A DNA stretch of 63,972 bases, filler included, from Rhabdomonas costata (lineage: Eukaryota), in NCBI GenBank assembly GCA_019059605.1. It is 25 parts of 25 records of this genome, joined end to end, with 100 filler letters (N's around TTAATTAATTAA, not from the genome) between each part and the next. Parts side by side here need not be neighbours in the genome. Positions count along the whole stretch, not along the records: positions 25,633 to 28,095 come from JAHMHO010003295.1; positions 28,196 to 30,655 come from JAHMHO010003296.1; positions 30,756 to 33,216 come from JAHMHO010003297.1; positions 33,317 to 35,774 come from JAHMHO010003298.1; positions 35,875 to 38,336 come from JAHMHO010003299.1; 20 more parts are not named here. The stretch is one strand, 5' to 3'. Positions 25,533 to 38,436 of this stretch are shown here, one piece after another. Both the position numbers and the translations under genes were made by a program. The stretch's first letter is position 1; the number at the start of each line of letters is the position of its first letter. The notes under the pieces are model-generated. The model saw only the letters and a program-made list of their open reading frames with translations, made no database searches and was not told where the DNA came from.

Positions 25533-26578
25533 NNNNNNNNNNNNNNNNNNNNNNNNNNNNNNNNNNNNNNNNNNNNTTAATTAATTAANNNNNNNNNNNN
25601 NNNNNNNNNNNNNNNNNNNNNNNNNNNNNNNNGGGGTGGTGTTTCACCGCAGTCCCGAGGGGAAACACCACCACCACTTCCACAGAACCTGAGCGGGCGG
25701 TTGCTGTGGGGGCTTGGGATGTGCCCTTTCCACCTAATCTCACCGGGCGGTGGTATGCTGCGAGCTGTGTGGATGGTTGTGCGTGTGTCTGTCTGCTGAG
25801 ACGGGTGATTGGGATGTTTTTGGTCCGTCAACTTAAAACGTTTTGATACCGTCTTTCTGAGAAGGGAATTGGACTTGCACTTGTACTTTAAGCATTCAGA
25901 AAGTCTGTGAGAATGCATTTCTTTCGCCGGTTGCCGGCTCCGTGAGGGGTCCTTTTTCCCAGTGGTTCATTCTGCTGCACCGCGGTTTTGGGTGAGTTCG
26001 GTGAATCATCGCCACTTTCTACTCATATTTTGTTCTAAAATTGAGCAAAAGATGCTCACGACTCTCCTCCGGAAATGCCTTTGTCAAAGGGAAAGGATTT
26101 TGAACCTTTTCGTTTGTTAAGAAAACCGTTTTTACTGCTGCTTTTTGTGGAAAACAAGATGAGCTCTTAGTAAATTTTGCAAAATGAAACTTTGCTTTCG
26201 TGACATGCTCAAATCCCAATTTCCCATAATACACGACAACAGCGAAATCGTCCAATGTCCTTTGGTGAAGCTCATCCAGCAGAATTGCGTGTTTGGCAGG
26301 AGGTTTTGTTAGGAAGGTGCTATCACCGAAACCTGTGAGACCAGGGTATGTCGAAAGGGTTCTGGGTTGTGGGTGGGGCGTTGGGGACCTTCCAGGTTCA
26401 CGGTCGGCTTGCGTTGGGTGACTCACAAACCTCCGTCTCACTCTCACTCTCTCTCACTCTATCACTCTTACTCTCGCGCTTTACCCCCCACCTCAACACA
26501 CCCACAGCCACAGTGCATCCGTCATCACGTCACCCCAAACCTCGCACATCCCGAACCCGACCCATCCTCCGATTCCAG

Positions 26579-27972
26579 ATGCGATCCCACAAAAAGTCGA
26601 CCTCCACCCTACACTGGCAAAGAACCCGACGAAGAGCGTCCAAGGCAGGCGGAGATGGTGCCTTGCTGATGATGACCCAGCCACTCCGCCGATTGGTGCA
26701 GTGTCTCCAGTCTCTCCGGTTGAAACGCCAGTCTCTCCAGTAAGATCATGTTCTTTCAGCTGCTCAACTCAGAGTTCACCCCTCACTTACACTACCTCTC
26801 CCTCAACCGCATATTCAGGATCACCGTGCAGACGGTGAGTGACACTCGCCAGGTGACTTTCCGGTTCCCGATGAAGCCGCTACAGGGCCGCTACAGGTGC
26901 TGGCTTCGGACAGTTTATCGGAAATGGGGTTACCTTCTCCCAACTTCCACCTGATTTTATAGTCTGTTTTGGCCTCCGCTGCGGCCTCTTGCCCCAAGCA
27001 ACCTTTCCATGAAGTCGGAAGCAGGCTATGGTTGTTTCAAGGAACTGCGTGTGTGTGTTCATGGATATGACCCCCCCCCTACACTGCCTGCAAAAATGAA
27101 GCAGGCACTGACCCACAGGCATAGCAATGCCGGTCTCTATTTCCATTTGCGAAAACTACAAAGGAATCAGGAACTCCGGGGAGGGTAAGTTGGAGGGGAG
27201 CCTGCCCAGACGGTCTCCACTCTCTCTACTCCCCTGTTTCAGGACAACGAAGAGAGAGAGACTGTGAGCGCAAACCGAGAAGCGTGTGTGACCTACGCTA
27301 TAAAAAATCACCCGTTGGGGTAACATTGTAGTCCCAATGTCCGGTACCGTTCGTCTGTGCGGCACTAGGGCGCAAGTTGGGGAGCTTCTGTCATACCTCA
27401 TGAAGACGAAGTATCCCAAGAGCCTGTACAGCGCGCTGAAAGCCCTTGGCTTGATTTCGGGAATCAGCGTTGAGGTGTTCTGGATGATTCTTCTGAATAA
27501 ATTCCTCTCCTTGGCTCGCACTTGCTCCAAATTTTTCGGGGCCTGTCAGCCCTCCCATTTCGTTTTTTTTTGTTAATTGACCCTTTCTCTCGAGTTTGAC
27601 TCAAAGCTGCTCGCAAGCGAGAAACTTGAGAGCAAAAGGGGATGTCATCAAAGTAAAACAAAGCAAAAAAAAATGTTGGCATGACAACAGAAGATGTTAA
27701 AAGCGAAGGGAGGGAGGGAGACGCCACCCCAATGATAGGGTCGCCTTTTGTCTAAAATTGTTACACCCAGTGTGCATATTCTAGTGACGCTTGTGTGGGT
27801 CTGGCCCCGCAGATGTGCGTGTTCTTCCCCTACCACACTTATCCTCTCCCCCAGCCCTCCGCTTAACTCCATTTTGTTTTGCTCTTTCGCACAGATCGAA
27901 GATCTTTCGTACGTGACCATTGTCGGGGTCTCCGTTTCCCTCACGGAGGCAGGCCTGAGCAACGTCACGGAG
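26579..27972 (+). CDS. M16A metallopeptidase (insulysin/pitrilysin-like) middle domain, partial, 4 exons
   Basis: Phase-compatible exons 26579-26657, 26819-26896, 27369-27474 and 27895-27972 give ITVQTVSDTRQVTFRFPMKPLQGRYR...LLSYLM......SLYSALKALGL...VSVSLTEAGLSNVTE, matching the IDE-type pattern VPIKD...FPIP...YY / GSLLS.LK..G / V.LTEEGL..V. Confidence 0.8.
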
Positions 27973-28349
27973 GTGCTCCCGAATGGAATGCGAATGGAAT
28001 GAGCGAATGGAGGCCGACAGGCTGGCATCCATCTACTCAGACAACAGCAAAAGAGACCTCAGGACTGCTTATCGTCATTATGGCACCCACCACCCNNNNN
28101 NNNNNNNNNNNNNNNNNNNNNNNNNNNNNNNNNNNNNNNTTAATTAATTAANNNNNNNNNNNNNNNNNNNNNNNNNNNNNNNNNNNNNNNNNNNNTTGTT
28201 TTTGTCCTTCCCTGTGCATCCGGCCGGTTCCCTCGGACCCCATGCCCACTTCTTCCAATCAGTCCTCTTGTTTCCTTCGTTTGCCGGCGCGCTTCTCCTA
28301 GAACTTTTCGTTCCTCTCTTTGATTCGTGTCTTTCCCGCCCCCCTTTGG

Positions 28350-29800
28350 CAATGGACGCTTTTCGCTTAAAGGATTTGTGCGCCATACCCCCGCAAGAAT
28401 GCGCATTTACGTCCATCGTCCAATTTGCCACCAAAACTAAATTAATCCAAAACCAACTCCCCGCTGTTCGCCCGAAATCCGTCCTTGCCGGCGTTTACGA
28501 ACGGTGTCCGGATGGGTGTGGCCTTTCTGTGCAGATTCAAATGCCCCAGGGAAAAACGCTAAACCGCGCGGCTGTTCCAGAACTTTTCTTCCGACCTTGG
28601 CATAACCCACCAACCATTGTCCTGTTTGCTTCCATTATACCAAAAAAAACGGGGGAACTGACCCAATTCAATTCCACGGAAGGCCCAAAATGGGTAGGGA
28701 AACCCCTTAGCAGATTCCGCCATTCGCCGTATGAATCCATATCATCGTTCTTTAGCAAAATCCGCTCTAATTTGTTTCATTTCACCTTCCGCCTGGTGCT
28801 TAGTGGCGTATAACATTATGGCCGGGCAGAATGTTGGTTTTTTGGGGGAATTTGCGGGTCGTTTCATATCATTGCAGGGTTTACTTTATTCCTTCGTTCA
28901 ACCCCATCATTGTATAAAACGTGTTTGCCGGCCGGGTGCGAAGAAGGCAAATGTTCCTTTAGCAAAAGCCTATGGACAGTTCAGAATCATCCCTCCACTG
29001 CCCGTCCCTTGCCGCGTTGCAAGTTGTTCTGAAGCCGCATCCAACATGCTTCCATCATTGCCGCATTTCGTCGCGCAACCGCATTATTGTGCCCCAAGAA
29101 AAAGCCGCTGAGATTCTTTATAAGTACTATTCCATGCACGTTTCAGGCAATTATGGCAACAATAGTACCGTTCGTATCAGTAGGCCACGGCATAGCGTTG
29201 ATGCCAGCCTATCACATGCCTGATGGAGATCTGAAAATGCAGATGAGGGAGCTGTAGTTCAAATGCATGGATTGGACCATTCTGCCGAGGCCAAAATTAT
29301 ACAAACCGCAAGGGTGCCCATTCAAAACGCTGCAACTGGACCTCGTTGACCTGCTAGAACCGCATGAGCAAGCGGAAGACCCGGCATGTTGGCAGATGCT
29401 CCGCGTTTCCGCACCAGTAGCAAGACCCGATCCTTCCAACGTAACAAAGCACGGATAGCATGGAGTCGAACAAAGCTTGATGAGGTGAGCCGTTAGATAT
29501 ATCTATCGTCGTTCGTCAAATAGCCGCCATCATCTATAGAATGTCAGTGTGCAATGGCTCATGACACACAGGAGAGTCTACTAGTAATAAAAGATAAATA
29601 GCACGTTGGTTTTCGAAGTCTTGATAATTTTCAATGTGATTTTCGATGAAGTGGACATAAAGTGGTCGATGTACGAGATATTTGGTCGAAGTAGTTGACC
29701 AGCTAAAGATCAACGTTCAATGCTCAAGATTTGAAGAAGTCGTGGTGGAAATGACTGGAAATATGTGGGGGCAATTTGATGGGGACAACGTTTAGGACGG
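28350..29800 (+). mobile_element. Possible heavily decayed Merlin/IS1595(ISXO2)-like transposase
   Basis: Intron-free ORF remnant degrading into an AT-rich, stop-laden tract. Weak colinear echoes: SISSFFSKIRSNL, GCPFKTLQLD/SKRKTRHVGR, LLVIKDK*HVGFRSL...HKVVD, NAQDLKKSWWK. Recognition is tentative. Confidence 0.3.
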
Positions 29801-31484
29801 AAGGGGATGCAAGAGCAACATTACCTTGCCGATACAGTTCGGGAAAAAGCACAGACCAATATATTACCAAATTATTAGCAAAGCAATCGAGGGGAATGTT
29901 ATAAAAGGCCTAATCGTAGAGAGAAAAATGATAGACTCTCGAGAGACAGTGCAAGAAATGATTTGGAAGGAAATTAGAAAAGACTAAAAAGAAGGAATAA
30001 ACGGCAGAAAATGGCGCAAAAAAAATTAAATCAGTCAGCCAGCAGAAAGCAGCAGAAATAGCAGAATAGATAAAAAGAAAAGAGGATATCAACTAGACTT
30101 GAAAGGCTTGATGCAAGACAATTTATAAATTAAGGTCAATTTAATAGTATTATAGAAGAAAGAAATCGCTGAGGTAAATGCTTGAGCTGATAAATGCATT
30201 ACTTCGTTCGCACGTGCAGTTACATTGGTTGCAATTTACACGGATCAATTTGGCAAAGTTAATTTACCTCAGATTAGAGGGATTTGAACAACGATAATAT
30301 AAGTAACTAAGAAAAAGATGTTTTCAGCGTTCAAGATATTGAATAAAAAATGTAATTGTTACAGATAAAAACTGAATGGAGCGATGCAAAAGCGAGTTTA
30401 GAATTAGTCTGTCTTAAAATGTGGAGATATTACACTGAATCATTTTTCATCTGTGATTTGGTGCCGTTTTCTTTTGCTTGCCTTGATTTTTGGTAGAAAA
30501 TGGACGGCTGGGAAAGACCAAAAGGAAAGCATCTTCCAGATGAAAGCTATAAATCAGAGGCGTTTGAAACGCACATCCATTTTAAGCCAAAGCAAGAGAA
30601 ATGAATCTAAGCCACCCCGTGTACAGGACCCCGTCCACGCCTCAGCTAAAGAGACNNNNNNNNNNNNNNNNNNNNNNNNNNNNNNNNNNNNNNNNNNNNT
30701 TAATTAATTAANNNNNNNNNNNNNNNNNNNNNNNNNNNNNNNNNNNNNNNNNNNNAATTTTTCTGCTGGTTTAACGGGGTTTTTTTTTGATTTGGCAATA
30801 GGATTCTCCTGATAGTACCAAAGAAAAAACTGAGCAAATAAAAAAAGCGGGGGAACAACACACGACATGAGATATGGAGCGTTGTGTCGCGTCCGTCAGC
30901 CAAAGGCTTCACGGCATTCACGACACACGTGGTAGTTTCAGCACTCATTGACACTGTTCCTTTACAAGGCAGAGGAGGCGGTCAAGCATAATAACTTCAC
31001 CCAGGCATCATATTTCTGTTGTAAGGCAAAACTGGCGCTGTAAATGATAGCATACAAAACGATTGGCAGGCTACACCCTGACCTAAATGTTTCATGGTGA
31101 CACCTTACAGGACGCTGGTGCTGCGGGAACGAAAAAAAACAATAACATTTTGACCAGCAAGCTGGGCAGAGAGGCCAAAAAACTGAACAAAAATCCCTGA
31201 GGAAAGCATTTAATTACGCATTTAATTACTGTCGAGCAGCTTAGAGCCCAAAACTTAGCCACTTGCATGCGTCCAAGCATGTAAAGTTGAAGAATGGGCA
31301 CAGCAAAGAAAGCGTAGGGCATGACAGATGTGCTTAACTTCTTAACTTAACCTTTCCGAACCACCAGGCAGACAGGCAGCCACCCGTCTTTTCCTTTGCA
31401 TTTTTCCCAATTGTGGAAGCGTTCAGCATGTTCGAACCCTGGTGGTACTGTTGACTGACATAGCATTCATGGTTCACAACACAA

Positions 31485-32867
31485 CCTCTCCCAGTTTCGA
31501 TTACTTGCTCTCGTGGTTGCCTTTCGCTCGTGATTTGTTGTAAACAGCCTTGCTTGTTTTCACGTCTCGCTATTGAATGTTTCCTTTTTTAGATGTCGCT
31601 TTCTTGACCAGGCTCTGCTTCTGTGCATTACATTCACAATAGCCCACTCACAGTAGACATGCAGTTTTCCAATGGCACTGCGGTTGTTGCAAAGAGCACA
31701 TGCTGTCTTCTGCATCGACAGGGTGGCCTCACCGCTGCGCCACCCGAAGCATGATGACTGCAAACTCGTCGTAGCTCAGCAGGGAGTCATCCCCCAACCT
31801 ATTGTACTGAGCAAGCAGCTCCTCAACCTCCTTGTCCGTCGGCTTCATCCCAAAGCTCTCCAGGTTTTGGTAGATCTTCGCAAAATCTGTGTGAAAAAAA
31901 CGGCTAGCTGGGAATATGACGGGTACATTTCGGATCTGCAGATCTTTTACGCTTTGGAGATCTTTTGCGATTTGCAAAATGACAAAAATGGACTCTGGAA
32001 GGTGTGCAGCGATCGAAAGGATTGGATTTGGTGAAGTTACTTAGGTCAACTAGCCCCCTGCCATGGGATTCTGATATTCAATGGCCAGGGTAGGGACAAG
32101 GGTTAGGTTGCCCGTACCCGGTATATTCCCAGCTGGCCAAAAAATCACAAAGCAAGCCACTGTATGATCTTTGTCATGAAAAAGGACATGCTAAGAACCT
32201 AACCGTACAGGCGGGAACGTCATCGAGGACGGAGTGCCAGTTTCCACGGGATGGGCATCCAGCAAATATATGGGCACTTATGTTCGATCAAACATACAAA
32301 AGGCTGCTTACATACTAAATATGTACAGTACGCAGCAAAGGGTTCACTTCCCGGTAAGCAAGGGGCACACCTTTCTTTAAAAGGTATCCCTTGGCGTCTT
32401 TGTCGTATTCGTCGAAGCTGCCGTAAAACAAAGAGCAAAAACCGAACACCAAGTTGGATTCTATCTGAAAAAACACATTCTAACCTGCAAATACATCCGC
32501 TGGTAAAAATAAAATATCCTCCATTCCGGATGCAAGTAGAAGTACTGATAAGAATCCCAAAAAAGCCAACCGGGGAATCAAAAAACAGATGCACCCTCCC
32601 CCTCCCCTCCCCTCCCATACAGCTCGGGGCAGACGCAACTCATACAACTCCCTCTCCCACCCATACCCTCGGTTTTTTGTTGTTCTTCTTCTTCTTTCAC
32701 CTTTTTGTCCCTCTCCCAGTATGCTTCGATTACTTTCTCTCGTGGTTGCCATTCGCTCGTAATTTGGTCAACTGCCCTGCTTGTTTTCACGAATTGTTCC
32801 TCTGTATTTGACTGTTTCCTTTTATTCTGTCGCTTTTTTGGCCGGGCTCTGCCTCTGTGCATTGTAT
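31485..32867 (+). repeat. Diverged ~150-bp direct repeat pair (31485-31634 and 32709-32867)
   Basis: cctctcccagt..ttcgattactt.ctctcgtggttgcc.ttcgctcgt...tgcttgttttcacg...ggctctgc.tctgtgcatt is present twice. Confidence 0.85.
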
Positions 32868-33205
32868 TTTTCGCTCTCTGCTGCTGAACACCGGGAATTC
32901 CCGACTGTTCACCCGCAAAACAGTCCTGACGCGCATCGTCCATAAACTCAAAATTCACACAACCTCTCCTCAGGAAAGAAGACCAGAAGCAATTGCGTGC
33001 AGTTGCATCTGGACGAACTGTCAGAGGTCAAAAGCCACACGAAGATGTCCCTTGTGAGACTTTGCGCGGCAAGCAAAGGAGCAAACCGCTGCCGAAGATC
33101 GTCGTCCAGCAGCAGGACATCCGAGGGCTGCGAAGCTGTGTGCTCGTACCACTTGCATGTCAACTGCTGCCGCTGAGGTGGCGCGACGACAACAGTCCCA
33201 CGTAG
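31729..33205 (-). CDS. Small EF-hand calcium-binding protein, C-terminal 3 exons
   Basis: Exons ~33205-33087, 32417-32371 and 31886-31729 splice to DDDLRQRFDEYDKDAKGYLLKKDFAKIYQNLESFG...EVEELLAQYNRLGDDSLLSYDEFAVIMLRVAQR-TGA. Confidence 0.9.
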
Positions 33206-33316
33206 CTGCGATACACNNNNNNNNNNNNNNNNNNNNNNNNNNNNNNNNNNNNNNNNNNNNTTAATTAATTAANNNNNNNNNNNNNNNNNNNNNNNNNNNN
33301 NNNNNNNNNNNNNNNN

Positions 33317-33812
33317 TTTGTGGGGGATGGGGCTCGCTGAGTTCTGGGGTGCCCTGAGGGTGCGAAGCCGCCGCCGGCCGTGCTTGTATTGTCACGTTGC
33401 CAGTGATTCAATAAGCCCGAAGGGTCCAAGTGGGCACAAAAAGTGCGCCTTTGTATAGTAGCTCCTGATGTGCTTCCAAAAGACCACACTTGACCCGAAT
33501 CAGGGTCTGGACACAGCGACAAGCTCTTCCAGGTGCGTATCCAGCATCAGAATGGCGTCGCCGGACACCGGAGCACCAGAAGCTGCACGTGGTCAGAGAG
33601 TGGTGGACACACCCGTCAAATCTCGTGAAAGGTCGAAGGAGCTCGAGGAGGCTCGTTTTGGCGCCCAGCGGGCGAACAATGGCGCTGTGCCGACTAATCT
33701 GACAAGACGCACGAGCCACAGCTGCTCCTGACACTGCTCTCCAGATGCTGCATGACATAGGGCCTGGTTTTCCCCCAGCTTGGTTGATGCGGCCAAATCC
33801 ATCAGCTTGTTG
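33317..33812 (-). mobile_element. Second, internally deleted copy of the RLE-plus-ubiquitin-like retroelement (homologous to ~47425-48030)
   Basis: LMDLAASTKLGENQALCHAA / IWRAVSGAAVARASCQISRHSAIVRPLG / VQTLIRVKCGLLEAHQELLYKGAL align with the 47-48 kb copy. About 135 bp are deleted relative to it. Confidence 0.9.
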
Positions 33813-35874
33813 GTATGTTGACTTCGGGCTGGGCTGCGTGTGTACGGCGCCCTTAACTGCAGGCTTTCAGTGATAAGTAGTCTTCATTAGTCTTCCGCAA
33901 GGTCCACTGTCGTTTTCTTGGATGCTTGGATGTTTTTTGTTTTTACTTTGCAATGGTGTACTGGTGCACTGTTTACTGAGAACACCACTCTGTGGCCACC
34001 CTCCCTTGGTGGCTTCCTCACAGACCGCTACATTTTAAAGCGGGACACCAAAAAATAAGCACACTTTTGAAACACATAAATAAACAAAAGAGACCTGTTC
34101 CAATGCTCGACATCAGACTAGTTTTAATAGGTTATCAACTGTTACGCACAAACACAAAGCCAGCGTTTCACTCCAACATTCCTCTGTCTTTTTCGTTTCG
34201 TTTCACTTTATTCTATTTTTAATTCCAAAAGTTTGGTTTTTGTATTGGTCCACAATTCCCCAGACCAGGTTGAAAGTCTGTGCTTGTAGTAGTAAATCGG
34301 CTTTGGTCAATTTGTGAATACGGTGTGAATTACATTATCGATGTTTTCTATTCTTTTTTGTACTATTCCATCCACAAAATTGCGGGCCGCGGAGGACCCA
34401 CGCTCGGGGATAGCCGCGAATATCAATAGTGGGACAGGGGGTTCTCTCTCCCCCATACAGGCGAGAATCGACCCGGGCTGGCCAGTGCCCATCGGAGGGG
34501 AGCCTTCCAAATAAATACCTCCTCAGAGCGCGCAGCCGACATCTCCCAATGCCTCGCCCACCTGTTACCCCACCGTGCGCCCTGGTTCATTGGGTATGAA
34601 TTGTGGTGTTATTAACGGGAAGAAGAGAGAACACCACTGCGTGTGGCCACCCTCCCTTGATGGGCTCTCCACAGCCCGTTATAGGGACAAGTTTTTCGTT
34701 GTCGTGCGGGTGGAGAGAACTGCTGCCGAGTGGGGACTGCGGCTGAGTTGAGCAAGCTGCTGTTGATGCCCGTTGGGTTTTAGCCGGCAGGCAGAGTCGA
34801 TGCCTGGAGCTGCGGCTGGACTGGAGGAGCGAAGCCGCGGTGAAGGCCACCTTGACCTACCGGATTGACGCCGATCGCCAGGGTGAGAGGGACGAGGTGA
34901 GAACCTGGCCGGAGTGGCAGGATCCACGTGCGCCTGCTCTGCTGCGCGCACTGCTGGCTGGGCTGGCCTCCAACCTGGTACGGTACTCGTACCCTTGTGT
35001 TGGAGGCCTTCCTGCCTCCATTCGCCAGGCGGTCAGTTTTCTGCGCCAGCGTCGATACCCGACCCACCGTTGGTACCGCGCCTCCGGGTGCGAGCTGCTA
35101 CGGCAAGGCGCACCGATGGGCTGCCGAAGGAGACGCGGGCGCTGATGCATTCCACCAAGGAGGCAACCATAACGGCGGGACAGTGAATCTTTGCTCCCGG
35201 TGACGTTGAGCAGAAGGAGGGATGTTGGGCGAGATAGCCGGGTGGCCAGTTGTACAGTTTTTGCGTCGGGACCGGGAACAGAAACCTTCGTGCGCATGAC
35301 TATTGCTTCTTTCGTGTGCAATTTTGTTTCACTGACGAAGTCCCCCTTGTTTGTGGAAACTCGAAAGAAACCACACACTTCAAAGATGGCATAAGCAACA
35401 CCCATCCACCCACCCCCTCCCCATCTCGGTACACTGCTTTTTTGCTGTAATCCGTGAGCAGCAGGTCAGGAATTTTGGGAATCGAACTAGTCAACGCTCA
35501 GTGTAGCCCAGAGATTTCAGGGATTCCGTTTCTTTGTATAACTGAAAAAGTGTTTTTGTAACGATAGCAAAAAAAAAAAGCAGAATGTTGTGAAGCAACG
35601 CCTTGAAAAAATGAAGTTGAGGGTCAAATATAGTTGGAAACGTGCCAGAACGCCAAAACATGGCTGAACACCACCACTTTTTTTCGGGCACCACACAACT
35701 CTTGCCACTTACCTTTGAACTCTCTTCATAATTTTGCGGCTGCAGATCTCACGGCGAAGTTACCACACCCAACCNNNNNNNNNNNNNNNNNNNNNNNNNN
35801 NNNNNNNNNNNNNNNNNNTTAATTAATTAANNNNNNNNNNNNNNNNNNNNNNNNNNNNNNNNNNNNNNNNNNNN

Positions 35875-38335
35875 GTTGGTTGGGGGAAAGAATTAAAAGC
35901 TCGAGGGCCAAGACAGTACCCTGGGTAATGCAGCTGCACGGCTCGATCGCGCCATACCAGAGTAAGAAATCTTCGACGGTCCCTGTTTCCGACCAGAGCA
36001 CACGACAGCCCTTGTTGGAATTGAACATGGAAGTGACACAGCCAAGAGAGCCACCATTTCTTCTGGCAACTAACTGACCAGCTGCGAGCTTGGTATCGGG
36101 GCCAGCTTCAGTCCATCTCGCAACGTGAACCGGCTTTTCTCGTAGAGATTCAGACCACTTCTTCAGAGTGTCCAGCATTTGAGTGCACCTGGTACCAATG
36201 TCTTCACTGCCCTGCGTTAGTACTCGGCGGCTTTTGTCGGAGAGGACCAATGCTTCGGGGCAATTCAATGATCCTGAGCTATTTTGCAGCTCTAGTAGGT
36301 ACTTCATCGCCTGCTGCACGCGGGAGGCGGTTCGAAGCAAAAACCGAACAATGCCGGAGGTTGAGCACTCGGCATTGTTACCCAGAAGCTGTTCAGCAAC
36401 AGAGAGCATCCCCAGAACGCCATTGCTAAGAATGCCAGGGGCATGGACAAGTTCATTCAGAAGCAATCCGTAACGTGTGCCGATAATTTCAGGTTTATTT
36501 GTGGGCACCTCTTCAGAAACCACTGTCACCAAACTTAGAGGGACATATCTTCCCGGTTCAAACAGGGCACATTCCACCACATTCTGAAGCTGCGGGCAAC
36601 GCAGAGCATACATTCTTTCGACGGTAGAGAAAAACTGCAGCAGAAGGGGGATGCGCATGTAGGGTGCAGTAAGGTAGGACAACAAAAGCTCGGAATCCAA
36701 CTGATTAACTGTCCCCCAGAAGTCAGGAAGAGTCTTTACATGCAAGACATCCTCCTCGGAGGCACATCCCTCAACGTGGGACGACACAAGGGCAGCAGAG
36801 GTCCATTGAAACGTGGACTCACCAAGTGGGAAGATCCGGCGTCCCAAAACTTTGGCGAGAAATTCCCCACGAGAGTCTCTTTCGAACTTAATTGAGGTCA
36901 GTACGTCAGAAGCCGTACAAGCAGAGAAGTCGTTACTCGGAAAATTCATATTCGCCATCAAGAACTTGCCGAGTAGGGTGATGTCTCGGAGAAGGAAGAA
37001 CTCGGGGAGCTGCGGCATAGCCGTGGAGGACTCCATCCAAAAAAGGCGGCTTGCTGGGGACCGCTGATAGAGCTGAGCATAGCAACACTCTGAGAAGTCG
37101 AAGGTGCTGCGGAGGTTTTGGCCAGTCCACCTACGACTCTCCCATTCGAAGACTGTGCCTCCAGGGTGGTGCCTGGTTCTTTTTGGGAAGCATGCGGCAC
37201 AAGCAAAGACATCACATCCAATCTCGCACCCAGCACACTCCACGCCCAGACCGATTTCTGCGTTGCATCTGAAACATTGAACAGTGGATCTGATATCACC
37301 CAAGCGCGCCGGCAACCGCCTTAAGGCATGCGTCCCCACTTCAAGCTCATTGAAGTAGTCCAGCGTGGCGGTGCGCAGCACATTCAGGGACTGATGCATG
37401 AACAGTAGACTTTCGCTGGTGTGCAGAAACCCGCTGAGCTGAATCGCAAAGGATGGATTCCCCGCCCGCCCGGAAAGCACATCGGAGACGGAGGCCACAG
37501 AGTCGGGGGCCTGACTTCGGGCAAGGAAATCTGCGATCGTGAGGAGACAACCTGCCAGCACAGAGATGGCAGCTTGCTGCGCGCGGTGAGGAGCAGACGA
37601 CACAAATGTTGCGAATAAGTGCCCCATCAAATTCCACAGGACGTGTAGAGCCCCCAGCCGCTGCCCGGATGTGAGAGAGCCATTGCACCACATGCAGTCA
37701 CCGCTCTGGGAGGTTGGTCGAGGAAGAACCAAAAGCTGTGCAACTGTATGTTGAATGAGAGCGAGTCGCAGGTATTGAACGTAAAGAACAACGTGGGGCT
37801 GTGCCTCAAGATGCTGACATGTATTTAAGCATCTCCGCAGGATGAGGATGGCCTCTCCCAAGTTGGCAGCACGCTTGCTTCCAATCAACATATCCACGTT
37901 CAAAAATCTCCACTTGTCATCATCGTGAACGTAATTGTCGTCAATGCCTTCAAAATGGTCAAATCTTGGATGCATCTTCAGGATCGGCAGCAATGTAGCA
38001 GGCAAATGGGGGAGGGTCAGAGGCATCTCACCCCAATAGCTAGCCCTGGGTTTCACACTCAGAACTCTTGATAATCAAACCAAAAAGTCTTTAGCTTGGG
38101 AAACCACTTTTAGGCCGCATCGCGGGGAGCGATCCGGTAGCTTGGCCGCACGTCGGGCGAACCCCCGGAAGGCCGCCTCCAAGTGCCAGATCTCTTCACG
38201 TGGCAAACAAGGCACTATCTGCAAATCAGCGTACATGGCCTCCATCGCACTGTGCCGCAAAAAGAAGCTAACAGCCTTCATAGACTCCCTCGATGCGCCT
38301 GATGCCCGCATTACGACCCGGAAGGTCATCCAAAG
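35875..38335 (-). CDS. Large intronless ORF spanning the whole contig (giant protist protein, possibly DUF3638/DUF3645-associated family) with one in-frame TGA
   Basis: About 820 codons are open except TGA at 38075-38077. Contains SEEDVLHVKTLPDF...DSELLLSYLTAPYMRIPLLLQFF, ALFEPG, GTRYGLLLNEL and a Cys-rich CFRC..ECAGC..CAAC segment. Family assignment is from memory. Confidence 0.7.
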
Positions 38336-38436
38336 CNNNNNNNNNNNNNNNNNNNNNNNNNNNNNNNNNNNNNNNNNNNNTTAATTAATTAANNNNNNNN
38401 NNNNNNNNNNNNNNNNNNNNNNNNNNNNNNNNNNNN

